Below are positions 7,530 through 18,589 of a DNA stretch of 32,537 bases, piece by piece (the stretch's first letter is position 1; every line of letters starts with the position of its first letter). Where the stretch lies: the sequence record SRR31156797_33060. One strand, 5' to 3'. Under the pieces are notes generated by a model, which was not told the origin of the DNA, ran no database searches, and was given only the letters and a program-made list of their open reading frames with translations. The position numbers were made by a program, and so were the translations under genes.

Positions 7530-8780
7530 ATGCAGTTTTCAAGTTTTGGCGAGAAATTTAATCGATATTCAGGTATCACCCAATTAATGGATGATTTAAA
7601 TGATGGCTTACGCACTCCGGGAGCCATCATGCTCGGTGGAGGCAACCCCGCCGCCATTCCTGAAATGCTCGATTACTTTCGACTGACAACCGAAGAAATG
7701 CTTGCTGATGGTTCTCTGTTGGCAGGCATGACCAATTATGATGGCCCACAGGGAAAAGATGTTTTTATTAAAGCATTGGCCAAGCTGTTCCGTGACACTT
7801 ACGGCTGGGACATCAGCGAAAAGAACATTAGCCTGACCAACGGCAGCCAAAGTGGCTTCTTCTATCTGTTTAACCTATTTGCGGGCAAGCAACCAGATGG
7901 TAGCCACAAGAAAATCTTATTGCCACTGGCTCCAGAGTACATTGGTTATGGTGATGCCGGTATCGATGAAGATATTTTCGTTTCCTATCACCCTGAAATT
8001 GAACTGTTGGATAATGGCTTATTCAAATACCACGTGGATTTTGGTCAACTTAAAGTCGATGAGTCGGTTGCCGCTATCTGTGCTTCACGTCCAACCAACC
8101 CAACGGGTAATGTACTAACCGAAGAAGAAATCCATAAACTGGATGAGCTGGCACGTGAAAACAATATTCCACTATTAATCGACAACGCTTATGGCGTGCC
8201 TTTCCCGAACATCATTTTTGAAGATGTCGAACCTTTCTGGAACGAAAACACCATTCTCTGCATGAGCTTGTCGAAACTGGGTTTACCCGGTGTACGCTGC
8301 GGCATTGTGATTGCCAATGAAAAAGTGACTGAAGCACTAAGCAACATGAATGGCATTATCAGCTTAGCGCCAGGTAGCGTTGGCCCAGCATTGGCTCACC
8401 GAATCATTGAAAAGAATGACCTGTTACGCTTGAGTGAGGATGTGATTAAACCATTCTACAAACAGAAATCACAGCGTGCAGTAGAGCTGCTTCAGCAAGC
8501 GATTAGCGATGAACGATTCCGTATTCACAAACCTGAAGGTGCTATCTTCCTGTGGTTATGGTTTGATGAACTGCCAATCACCACAATGGAACTGTACAAA
8601 CGTCTGAAAGCACGTGGAGTACTGATCGTTCCGGGTGAATATTTCTTTATTGGCCAGAAAGAAGACTGGGGCCATGCTCATCAGTGTCTTCGTATGAACT
8701 ACGTTCAGGATGATGAGGCAATGCAAAAAGGCATTGCAGTGATTGCCGAAGAAGTGAAGAAAGCCTATCTAGAAGGTTAA
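7530..8780 (+). CDS. avtA: Valine--pyruvate transaminase
   Basis: MQFSSFGEKFNRYSGITQLMDDL, MLGGGNPA, SRPTNPTG, DNAYG, and PLP-lysine motif SLSKLGLPGVRCG. Confidence 0.95.
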   Translation: MQFSSFGEKFNRYSGITQLMDDLNDGLRTPGAIMLGGGNPAAIPEMLDYFRLTTEEMLADGSLLAGMTNYDGPQGKDVFIKALAKLFRDTYGWDISEKNISLTNGSQSGFFYLFNLFAGKQPDGSHKKILLPLAPEYIGYGDAGIDEDIFVSYHPEIELLDNGLFKYHVDFGQLKVDESVAAICASRPTNPTGNVLTEEEIHKLDELARENNIPLLIDNAYGVPFPNIIFEDVEPFWNENTILCMSLSKLGLPGVRCGIVIANEKVTEALSNMNGIISLAPGSVGPALAHRIIEKNDLLRLSEDVIKPFYKQKSQRAVELLQQAISDERFRIHKPEGAIFLWLWFDELPITTMELYKRLKARGVLIVPGEYFFIGQKEDWGHAHQCLRMNYVQDDEAMQKGIAVIAEEVKKAYLEG

Positions 8781-8794
8781 AAACAACAGACACA

Positions 8795-8820
8795 AAGAAG
8801 CCCGCTTTCGCGGGCTTCTT
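8795..8820. terminator. Bidirectional terminator between avtA and ibpA
   Basis: AAGAAGCCCGC-TTTC-GCGGGCTTCTT. Confidence 0.85.
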
Positions 8821-8824
8821 CATC

Positions 8825-9259
8825 TTAATTCTCTAATAACTTTTTGCCGTTAATCGCAATTTTTCGTGGTTGCATAGCTTCTGGCGTTTCTCGTTCCAGA
8901 TCAATGTGTAGCAAACCATTTTCCATAGTAGCGCCAACAACTTTTACGTAGTCTGCCAGCTGGAATTTACGTTCAAAGTCGCGTTCTGCGATACCTTGAT
9001 AAACATACTTCTTCTCCTCACTCGGCTTACGCTCACCACGAACAACTAAGGTATTTTCTTGCTGAGTGATGTCAATTTCATCATCAGCAAAACCCGCAAC
9101 GGCCATCGTAATACGGAACTTATTTTCTTCTTGCTGTTCAATGTTGTAAGGAGGGAAACCGCCCTGGCTGTTCTTGTTTGAATTCGCTTCCATCATATTT
9201 AATAGACGGTCAAAGCCAATTGCGTTGCGGTATAGGGGTGCAAAATCTACAGTTCTCAT
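8825..9259 (-). CDS. ibpA: Small heat-shock protein IbpA (Hsp20 family)
   Basis: MRTVDFAPLYRNAIGFDRL, PPYNIE, YQGIAERDFERKFQLA, NGLLHIDL, PRKIAI; start reassigned to ATG 9259 after AAGGA. Confidence 0.95.
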   Translation of the reverse strand: MRTVDFAPLYRNAIGFDRLLNMMEANSNKNSQGGFPPYNIEQQEENKFRITMAVAGFADDEIDITQQENTLVVRGERKPSEEKKYVYQGIAERDFERKFQLADYVKVVGATMENGLLHIDLERETPEAMQPRKIAINGKKLLEN

Positions 9260-9370
9260 AATAACTATCCTTCTTTGAAGCAATATTTATAAACAATCAT
9301 TAAATGAAGCGAACTCTCCTCTTGGACGAGTCAGTGGAAACCCACCAGCTGCGGCATTTCCTGCTTCATC
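9260..9370 (-). promoter_or_regulatory. Structured 5'UTR with ROSE-like RNA thermometer
   Basis: The last hairpin TATT-G-CTTC-AAA-GAAG-GATA pairs UUGCU (bulged G) against the SD. Upstream cloverleaf: ATGAAGC/GCTTCAT enclosing GGAAA..TTTCC and ACTC..GAGT. Confidence 0.8.
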
Positions 9371-9376
9371 AATAGA

Positions 9377-9403
9377 TATAGGGGCACCATTTTCGCTTTC
9401 AAG
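9377..9403 (-). promoter_or_regulatory. Sigma32 (RpoH) heat-shock promoter of ibpA
   Basis: Minus strand CTTGAA-N13-CCCCTATA, close to the CTTGAA/CCCCATNT consensus. Confidence 0.85.
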
Positions 9404-9466
9404 TCATTCAAACAAATTTTTTAGTTGTTACAAAACGCACTCTATTTAGCATCCAGTTACATAAAA

Positions 9467-9484
9467 ATTGATAAATCTATCAAG
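9467..9484. promoter_or_regulatory. Putative LuxR/HapR/SmcR/OpaR (quorum-sensing master regulator) box
   Basis: ATTGATAAATCTATCAAG contains the dyad TTGATA-N4-TATCAA and matches the recalled consensus core ATTGATAAATTTATCAAT at 16/18. Confidence 0.55.
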
Positions 9485-9573
9485 TGTATTGGAGGCTTAT
9501 CACAAATTAACAATCGGCTAAACAATATACCATTCTGACCTATAGCCAAAAAAAACAACTGAGTTAGACTCGT

Positions 9574-9593
9574 CAATGTTAATGCAATGTTAA
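9574..9593 (+). promoter_or_regulatory. Putative ArcA box
   Basis: Direct repeat CAATGTTAA-TG-CAATGTTAA with 11-bp period; GTTAATGCAATGTTA is 13/15 to GTTAATTAAATGTTA. Confidence 0.5.
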
Positions 9594-9727
9594 AAATAAA
9601 AGAGAGGCTTACCGGTCATTCTCCCACAATTGCATACTCAACAAAGCCTGATGGCAGGATACCAAGATCCATTTCGTTCCACCCTACACTCCGTCCGCCG
9701 TCATGCATAAAAAGGAACTGATAGAAC

Positions 9728-11305
9728 ATGATTAACGATGCTTACTATTATCAAAATAAATTCAATAATCTAGCGCAACTACTGGAAGATGGATTTTCCC
9801 GTTATGGCGATAAACCAGCCTTTGGCTGTTTAGGGCAATCTCTTACCTTCAGTGAAATAGAAATCAAATCCCGTCATCTGGCTCAGTGGCTACAACATGA
9901 ATGCGGCCTTAACGCCGGTGACCGTATCGTCATTCAATTGCCCAATTTAACTCAATACCCGATTGCAACTTATGCCGCTCTTCGTGCAGGCCTTGTTATC
10001 GTCAACACCAACCCTCTGTATACATCCAGAGAGATGAAGCATCAGTTTAATGATTCAGGGGCAAAAGCTCTGATCATATTGGAAGACTTACTGCCTAAGT
10101 ATCATGCTATTGAAGATGAAGTGAATATCGAAAAAGTCATCGTAACGGCCGCTCCAGATCTACTTACAGGCAAACAACAAGACAGAGAAAAATACTTTGA
10201 TTTTAACTCGATCATCAGTATCGGTGAATCACTACCAGAGGTTAAGCCAAACAGTGCCAAACTCGATGATATTGCGGTCCTCCAATATACAGGAGGCACA
10301 ACAGGTGTATCGAAAGGCGCATGTCTGACACACAGTAATCTGATGGCAAATGCCGCGCAAATGAACCTTAGGATCAACCGAAAAGCAGCGGATGAAGGTG
10401 AAAACTATATCTGCCCATTACCCCTTTATCATATCTATGCGTTCACCGTTAATCTGGTTGGTCTATTTAGCTTAGGGATACAAAATACGTTAATACCGAA
10501 CCCAAGGGATATTGATGGCTTTGTTCAGACTTTGAAAAAAACACCTTTCACTGGTTTTTCTGGTATCAACACTCTGTTTATGGGTCTATGCCAACACCCT
10601 GAGTTTTCATCTTTAGACTTCAGCAAACTAAAAATCACGTTTTCTGGAGGATCAATGTTAACCAGCAAGGCTTTTAATCTTTGGCAAAAGATTACCGGCT
10701 GTACCATTACCGAGGGTTGGGGATTATCGGAAACCTCGCCGGTGATTACCCTCAATGAATTCAACAAAGAGCAAGTGGGATGTGTGGGTATTCCTCTTGA
10801 GTCTACAGTGGTTGAAGTTTGGGACATTAACAATAAGCCAGTCGCTCAAGGTGAAATCGGCGAGTTAGTGGTAAAAGGTCCTCAGGTTATGCCGGGATAC
10901 TGGCAACGGCCGGATGAGACCGCAAACTCTATCATTGATGGTTTCTTCAAAACTGGCGATGTCGGTTTAATTAAAACCGACGGTCAGGTGCAAATTGTAG
11001 ACCGCCTAAAAGATATGATTATTGTCTCCGGCTTTAATGTCTATCCGAATGAAGTGGAAGATATTCTTTGCAGCCACCAGCATATCTTTGAAGCTGCCGT
11101 TGTCGGTGACTTAGATGACAAGACAGGAGAAATGGTTCATGCCCACGTTGCAACGTTAGAGCCACTAGATGAGGGTGATGTTATTCATTTCTGTCGCCAG
11201 CACCTGACGAACTACAAAGTACCGAGACGCATCACTTTCCATGAGCAACTACCTAAATCAACAGTGGGTAAAGTACTACGCCGAGAGTTACGTAATATTC
11301 AATAA
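9728..11305 (+). CDS. Long-chain-fatty-acid--CoA ligase (FadD-like AMP-binding enzyme)
   Basis: LQYTGGTTGVSKG, PLPLYHIYA, EGWGLSETSP, GPQVMPGYW, FKTGDVG, DRLKDMIIVSGFNVYPNEVE, LPKSTVGK; AAGGA RBS. Confidence 0.9.
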   Translation: MINDAYYYQNKFNNLAQLLEDGFSRYGDKPAFGCLGQSLTFSEIEIKSRHLAQWLQHECGLNAGDRIVIQLPNLTQYPIATYAALRAGLVIVNTNPLYTSREMKHQFNDSGAKALIILEDLLPKYHAIEDEVNIEKVIVTAAPDLLTGKQQDREKYFDFNSIISIGESLPEVKPNSAKLDDIAVLQYTGGTTGVSKGACLTHSNLMANAAQMNLRINRKAADEGENYICPLPLYHIYAFTVNLVGLFSLGIQNTLIPNPRDIDGFVQTLKKTPFTGFSGINTLFMGLCQHPEFSSLDFSKLKITFSGGSMLTSKAFNLWQKITGCTITEGWGLSETSPVITLNEFNKEQVGCVGIPLESTVVEVWDINNKPVAQGEIGELVVKGPQVMPGYWQRPDETANSIIDGFFKTGDVGLIKTDGQVQIVDRLKDMIIVSGFNVYPNEVEDILCSHQHIFEAAVVGDLDDKTGEMVHAHVATLEPLDEGDVIHFCRQHLTNYKVPRRITFHEQLPKSTVGKVLRRELRNIQ

Positions 11306-11312
11306 CTGATAC

Positions 11313-11339
11313 AAAAAAGGCGCACAGTGTGCGCCTTTT
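11313..11339. terminator. Bidirectional terminator between the acyl-CoA ligase gene and gyrB
   Basis: AAAAAAGGCGCAC-AGT-GTGCGCCTTTT. Confidence 0.88.
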
Positions 11340-11367
11340 AACTCAATGTGTTCGCCAAACAAAGAAT

Positions 11368-13788
<2,421 letters not shown>

Positions 13789-13803
13789 TTACTCTCTGAC
13801 TAA

Positions 13804-14883
13804 TTATCCTTGCTCTATTGTGCCATGTTCCACATGAAACATCATGCTGTTAGGTTCGATCATATCGGCAACCTGACTTTGGGTAATAGAACTTACAAAA
13901 ACTTGAGCTTCAGTCGCTTTCAAGCAGTCGGCAAGACGCTTACGACGTTCGCTGTCGAGTTCGGAAGCAAAATCATCTATCAGATAGATGCATTGTTTCC
14001 CGGTCAACTCTGTTAAGTGTTGGCCTTGTGCGACACGTAGTGCACACACCATTAATTTCAGTTGCCCCCGTGAAAGCACATCTTCCACCGGAGTACCGTT
14101 AACTTTAATTTTTAGATCCGCTTTATTTGGCCCACTGAAGGTATAACCAAGCTGCTGATCCCTTTCATAATTTTTTTCTAAGATTTGTTGGTAAGGTGTA
14201 TCTTTATCCCAACCTCGATAGTACTTTAACGTAATATCGAACTCCGGTAAAAACGTGCGACACAACTCCTGCGCAACAATTCTCATTTGTTCGACGTATG
14301 CCTGACGCCACTGATCAATATTTTCAGCCAACAAGGCCAATTCTTGATCCCAATAACTCAGCTCTCGATAGCTGGTGGCTGTTTTTAACAGAGCATTGCG
14401 CTGTTTATTTAGACGCTTAAAACGTCCCCAGGCATCATAGAATCCTGGCTCAGAATGGAACACACCCCAATCAATAAATGCTCGGCGTTGTTTTGGCCCA
14501 TCCGTTAATAAATCAAAGCCTTCCGGATGAATCAACTGTAGCGGTAAAACTTGCGCCAGTTGCGCCAGTTTTTGTCCAGACTGACCGCCTATTTTAACCT
14601 CAGTTGAGCCATCACGCTGCTTATTAATACCAATTGGTAACTCAAATTGGTCCGAGGTCAAAAAACGACCGTGGACGAACAACTCTGAGCACTCATTTTG
14701 GATCACTCGACCTGTCAATGAGCTTTTAAAAGAACGCCCATGTCCAAGCAGATAAATGGCTTCTAATACACTGGTTTTGCCACTTCCGTTGACGCCAATA
14801 AGAAAGTTAAAGCCTGATGATAAAGAAATATCACAGGCTTTAATATTACGAAATTGCTGAATAACCAGACGGGTTAGCGGCAT
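13804..14883 (-). CDS. recF: DNA replication and repair protein RecF
   Basis: Walker [27 protein letters not shown]; lies between dnaN and gyrB. Confidence 0.98.
   Translation of the reverse strand: MPLTRLVIQQFRNIKACDISLSSGFNFLIGVNGSGKTSVLEAIYLLGHGRSFKSSLTGRVIQNECSELFVHGRFLTSDQFELPIGINKQRDGSTEVKIGGQSGQKLAQLAQVLPLQLIHPEGFDLLTDGPKQRRAFIDWGVFHSEPGFYDAWGRFKRLNKQRNALLKTATSYRELSYWDQELALLAENIDQWRQAYVEQMRIVAQELCRTFLPEFDITLKYYRGWDKDTPYQQILEKNYERDQQLGYTFSGPNKADLKIKVNGTPVEDVLSRGQLKLMVCALRVAQGQHLTELTGKQCIYLIDDFASELDSERRKRLADCLKATEAQVFVSSITQSQVADMIEPNSMMFHVEHGTIEQG
13826..13841. other. parS-like site (one mismatch) inside the recF 3' end
   Basis: TGTTCCACATGAAACA versus consensus TGTTNCACGTGAAACA. Confidence 0.5.
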
Positions 14884-14903
14884 AGCGCGAACTTAAATCT
14901 TCA

Positions 14904-16004
14904 TTACAGGCGAATTGGCATCACGACATACATCGCGCTGTCATCTTCAGCATTTTCCACCAGCGCACTTGCGTTGGCATCGGACATAGAAATACGTACC
15001 TGATCGCAGCGCAGAGTATTCAATACATCAAGGATGTAACTTACGTTAAAACCGATTTCTATCGCATCGCCTTCAAAGTTAACATCTAATACTTCTTCTG
15101 CTTCTTCCTGCTCAGGGTTATTTGCCGTAATTCGCATTTCGCTATCAGCAAGATTAACGCGTACGCCGCGGAATTTCTCATTAGATAAAATTGCAGCACG
15201 AGAGAAACACTGACGCAGTTCATCACAGTTAGCAAGCAAAACCTTGTTGGTAGTTTGCGGCATTACGCGGCGATAATCAGGGAAACGTCCGTCAACAAGC
15301 TTAGAAGTGAACACAAAATTATTCACTTCAGCACGCAGGTTCGAACTACCAATCTGCAGCACTACAGATTGCTCAGGCGCATCCAACAGTTTCACCAGCT
15401 CCAGTACACCTTTACGCGGTAAAATAATTTGCTTATTGGCAAAGTCAGCACCTAAAGCTGTTTGCGACACAGCCATACGGTGGCCATCGGTCGCCACTGA
15501 ACGTAACGTCGTGCCGTCAATTTCAAACAGCATACCATTTAGGTAGTAGCGTACATCCTGATTCGCCATTGAGAATTGCGTTTTCTCAATCAAACCGCGT
15601 AATTCAGACTGAGTGAGTGAGATTTCCACTTCACTTTGCCAATCTTCAATATTCGGGAAATCACTCGCAGGCAGCGTTGCCAAAGAGAAACGGCTACGAC
15701 CAGAGCGAACTTGAATACGATCACCTTCAAGAACAACGGTAATGACAGCGGCATCTGGTAATCCACGGCAAATATCTAAAAACTTACGAGCAGGAACCGT
15801 AATGCTACCCGCTTCAAAGTCGCCTTCTAATGTCACGCGGCTAATCAGTTCAACTTCTAAGTCAGTTGCGGTCATTGATAACTGATTATCTTCAACTTTG
15901 ATCAACAAGTTACCAAGAATTGGAAGTGATGCACGGCCACCTAAGGTGCCGGAAACTTGTTGTAAAGGCTTAATGAAGTGGCTACGTTCAATGGTAAATT
16001 TCAT
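14904..16004 (-). CDS. dnaN: DNA polymerase III beta sliding clamp
   Basis: 366 aa; ATDLE, DVRYYLNG, VATDGHR, GRFPDYRRV, YVVMPIRL. Confidence 0.99.
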   Translation of the reverse strand: MKFTIERSHFIKPLQQVSGTLGGRASLPILGNLLIKVEDNQLSMTATDLEVELISRVTLEGDFEAGSITVPARKFLDICRGLPDAAVITVVLEGDRIQVRSGRSRFSLATLPASDFPNIEDWQSEVEISLTQSELRGLIEKTQFSMANQDVRYYLNGMLFEIDGTTLRSVATDGHRMAVSQTALGADFANKQIILPRKGVLELVKLLDAPEQSVVLQIGSSNLRAEVNNFVFTSKLVDGRFPDYRRVMPQTTNKVLLANCDELRQCFSRAAILSNEKFRGVRVNLADSEMRITANNPEQEEAEEVLDVNFEGDAIEIGFNVSYILDVLNTLRCDQVRISMSDANASALVENAEDDSAMYVVMPIRL

Positions 16005-16063
16005 AGTGTGCTCTTAAACGATATACGGATAAACGACGCAAGATCAGCGCAAATATAGCGCAA

Positions 16064-17470
16064 TTATGAAGAAAGCGTACGAATCAGGTTCGAGTAATCT
16101 TCTTTTATGTCGTGACTCTCTTCGCGAAGTTGCTCAATTTTACGACATGCATGAAGCACAGTGGTATGGTCTCGGCCACCAAATGCGTCACCAATTTCAG
16201 GTAAGCTGTGGTTGGTTAGCTCTTTGGCCAATGCCATTGCGAGCTGACGAGGACGAGCCACCGAGCGTGAGCGACGTTTGGAAAGTAAATCCGCCATTTT
16301 AATTTTGTAGTATTCGGCAACGGTCTTCTGAATGTTATCAATGGTGACCAGCTTCTCTTGCAAAGCAAGCAAATCACGCAGTGCTTCACGAACAAAGTCA
16401 ATGGTAATTGGACGACCTGTAAAGTTGGCATTGGCGATGACACGGTTCAGTGCCCCTTCCAACTCACGCACGTTTGAGCGCAGACGCTTAGCGATAAAGA
16501 ATGCCACTTCATCAGGAAGATGAATTTGATGATCTTCCGCCTTTTTCATCAGAATCGCAACGCGGGTTTCTAGCTCCGGAGGCTCGATAGCAACCGTTAA
16601 CCCCCAGCCAAAACGAGACTTAAGGCGATCTTCCACTCCGTTGATCTCTTTTGGATAACGGTCAGAAGTTAAGATAATTTGTTGATTACCTTCCAACAAG
16701 GCGTTGAAAGTATGGAAGAATTCTTCCTGAGATCGCTCTTTGTTAGCGAAAAACTGGATATCATCGATCAGCAACGCATCAACGCTACGGTAGTAGCGTT
16801 TAAATTCTTCAATCGCGTTGTTTTGCAGTGCTTTAACCATGTCCTGAACAAAACGTTCAGAGTGCATGTAGACCACTTTTGCATTCGGCTTGTTATCAAC
16901 AATGGCATTACCCACAGCATGCAACAGGTGAGTTTTACCCAGACCTGTACCACCGTATAAGAAAAGAGGGTTATAAGCCGCACCAGGGTTATCTGATACT
17001 TGGCGAGCCGCTGCCAAACCAAGTTGGTTCGATTTACCTTCAACAAAGTTATTGAATTTATGCTTCGGATTTACATTAGAACGATAGGTAATATCAGCCG
17101 CTTCAACCGACTCGTTATCCCATGTTTTATGGATAGGTTTACGTTGAGCAAGCTGCGCAGGCGCCGATGACTCCGCGGCAACATCTGCAGCAGAACGAAC
17201 AGGAGCAGTTTTAACCGCAGAAACAGGCTTACTACCGACTTCAAAGCGTAGATTTGGCACATCATTACCGCAATGCTCTTTCAGCAGTAAATTAATGTTG
17301 TTGATGTATTTATCTCGAACCCAATCTAATACGAAACGGTTGGGAGCAAACAAAGTGAGAGTATTATCATTGAGCTCCGCCTGTAATGGACGAACCCACA
17401 TGCTGAACTCTGCTGCTGGTAATTCTTCTTGAAGTTGTTGCAAGCATTGCAACCAAAGCGAAGATGACAC
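16064..17470 (-). CDS. dnaA: Chromosomal replication initiator DnaA
   Basis: GTG start; [51 protein letters not shown]. Confidence 0.99.
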   Translation of the reverse strand: MSSSLWLQCLQQLQEELPAAEFSMWVRPLQAELNDNTLTLFAPNRFVLDWVRDKYINNINLLLKEHCGNDVPNLRFEVGSKPVSAVKTAPVRSAADVAAESSAPAQLAQRKPIHKTWDNESVEAADITYRSNVNPKHKFNNFVEGKSNQLGLAAARQVSDNPGAAYNPLFLYGGTGLGKTHLLHAVGNAIVDNKPNAKVVYMHSERFVQDMVKALQNNAIEEFKRYYRSVDALLIDDIQFFANKERSQEEFFHTFNALLEGNQQIILTSDRYPKEINGVEDRLKSRFGWGLTVAIEPPELETRVAILMKKAEDHQIHLPDEVAFFIAKRLRSNVRELEGALNRVIANANFTGRPITIDFVREALRDLLALQEKLVTIDNIQKTVAEYYKIKMADLLSKRRSRSVARPRQLAMALAKELTNHSLPEIGDAFGGRDHTTVLHACRKIEQLREESHDIKEDYSNLIRTLSS

Positions 17471-17492
17471 GGTGCTCTCACTCTAATCCGAT

Positions 17493-17637
17493 GATCGATA
17501 ACGACTGATTAGTCTACCTGTTGATAACTAAGATCTCCAGTAAATGATCGACCTTCCAGTGAATAAGATCAAAGTTATTCACAATATTTCCGTTTGAATT
17601 CGCAAGATCTACATAAACATCCCCGTTTTTACCCACA
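17493..17637 (-). promoter_or_regulatory. dnaA upstream control region with DnaA boxes and a GATC cluster
   Basis: Consensus box TTATTCACA 17575-17583; one-mismatch boxes at 17558-17566 and 17629-17637; GATC at 17493, 17532, 17546, 17567 and 17606. Confidence 0.75.
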
Positions 17638-17769
17638 TATCCAAAAGAACTTAGCGAGTTATCCCTAAAAACCAGTCTTATTATGGTTATTGTTAATAAC
17701 ATAAGGTTATTTGTTCTGAGTTCTCATTTACCAGTACTATTCTGCGCTATATTCATTAGGAGTTAGAAA

Positions 17770-18516
17770 ATGAAAAACTGGATTAAACTAGCAGTGGCAG
17801 CACTTGCCCTAGCCGCTTCTACTGTTCAAGCAACAACCGATATTAAAGTGGGCATGTCTGGCCGCTACTTCCCATTCACTTTCGTTAAGCAAGACCAGCT
17901 ACAAGGTTTTGAAGTGGATGTATGGAATGAAATCGCAAAACGCAACGATTACAAGGTCGAGTTTGTTACTTCAAACTTCTCAGGTCTGTTTGGTCTACTT
18001 GAAACGGGTCGTATTGATACAATCTCAAACCAAATTACCATCACTGAAGCTCGTCAGGCCAAATACCTATTTTCTGCACCTTATGTCATTGACGGTGCTC
18101 AGCTAGCGGTACGTAAAGGTAATGACAGCATTAATGGTGTTGAAGATCTTGCGGGTAAAACAGTCGCGGTAAACCTAGGTTCAAACTTTGAACAGCTGCT
18201 ACGTGACTACGATAAAGACGGCAAAATCAATATCAAAACTTACGACACGGGTATTGAACATGATGTTGCACTAGGTCGTGCCGATGCGTTTGTGATGGAC
18301 CGTCTATCAGTAATCGAAACGATTGAAAAGACCGGTCTACCACTGCAGCTTGCAGGTAAACCATTCGAAACTATCGAAAATGCTTGGCCATTCCTGAACA
18401 ATGAAAAAGGTCAAAAACTACAAGCTGAAGTTAACGAAGCGCTTGCAGCTATTCGTGCAGACGGTACGCTAAGCACAATCTCGAACAAGTGGTTTGGCAC
18501 AGATATTACTAACTAA
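17770..18516 (+). CDS. Polar amino-acid ABC transporter substrate-binding protein (family 3; cystine/YxeM/PatH-like)
   Basis: Signal peptide MKNWIKLAVAALALAASTVQA; GRYFPF, GFEVDV, LETGRID, NQITITEAR, ADGTL...SNKWFG. Confidence 0.88.
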   Translation: MKNWIKLAVAALALAASTVQATTDIKVGMSGRYFPFTFVKQDQLQGFEVDVWNEIAKRNDYKVEFVTSNFSGLFGLLETGRIDTISNQITITEARQAKYLFSAPYVIDGAQLAVRKGNDSINGVEDLAGKTVAVNLGSNFEQLLRDYDKDGKINIKTYDTGIEHDVALGRADAFVMDRLSVIETIEKTGLPLQLAGKPFETIENAWPFLNNEKGQKLQAEVNEALAAIRADGTLSTISNKWFGTDITN

Positions 18517-18540
18517 CTAATTAGTTAAACATATCTTTTT

Positions 18541-18568
18541 AAGGTGGGATTGTATGATCCCGCCTTTT
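18541..18568 (+). terminator. Intercistronic hairpin after the binding-protein gene (partial terminator or mRNA stabiliser)
   Basis: AAGGTGGGAT-TGTATG-ATCCCGCCTT-TT. Confidence 0.6.
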
Positions 18569-18589
18569 GTTGTCTTTAAGGGGAAGTAA

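Noticed and set aside
9468..9483. FNR box reading of TTGAT...ATCAA
   Set aside because: Spacer is 6 bp rather than the required 4; fits a LuxR/HapR box better.
9528..9544. Possible FadR operator upstream of the acyl-CoA ligase gene
   Set aside because: Only about 9 of 16 positions match AACTGGTCNGACCAGTT and dyad symmetry is poor.
9652..9664. CAGGAT in a tiny hairpin loop, resembling a CsrA site
   Set aside because: 3-bp stem, unknown TSS and short motif; not distinguishable from chance.
17514..17702. 62-aa minus-strand ORF upstream of dnaA
   Set aside because: Runs through the promoter, DnaA boxes and GATC cluster with no RBS or motif.
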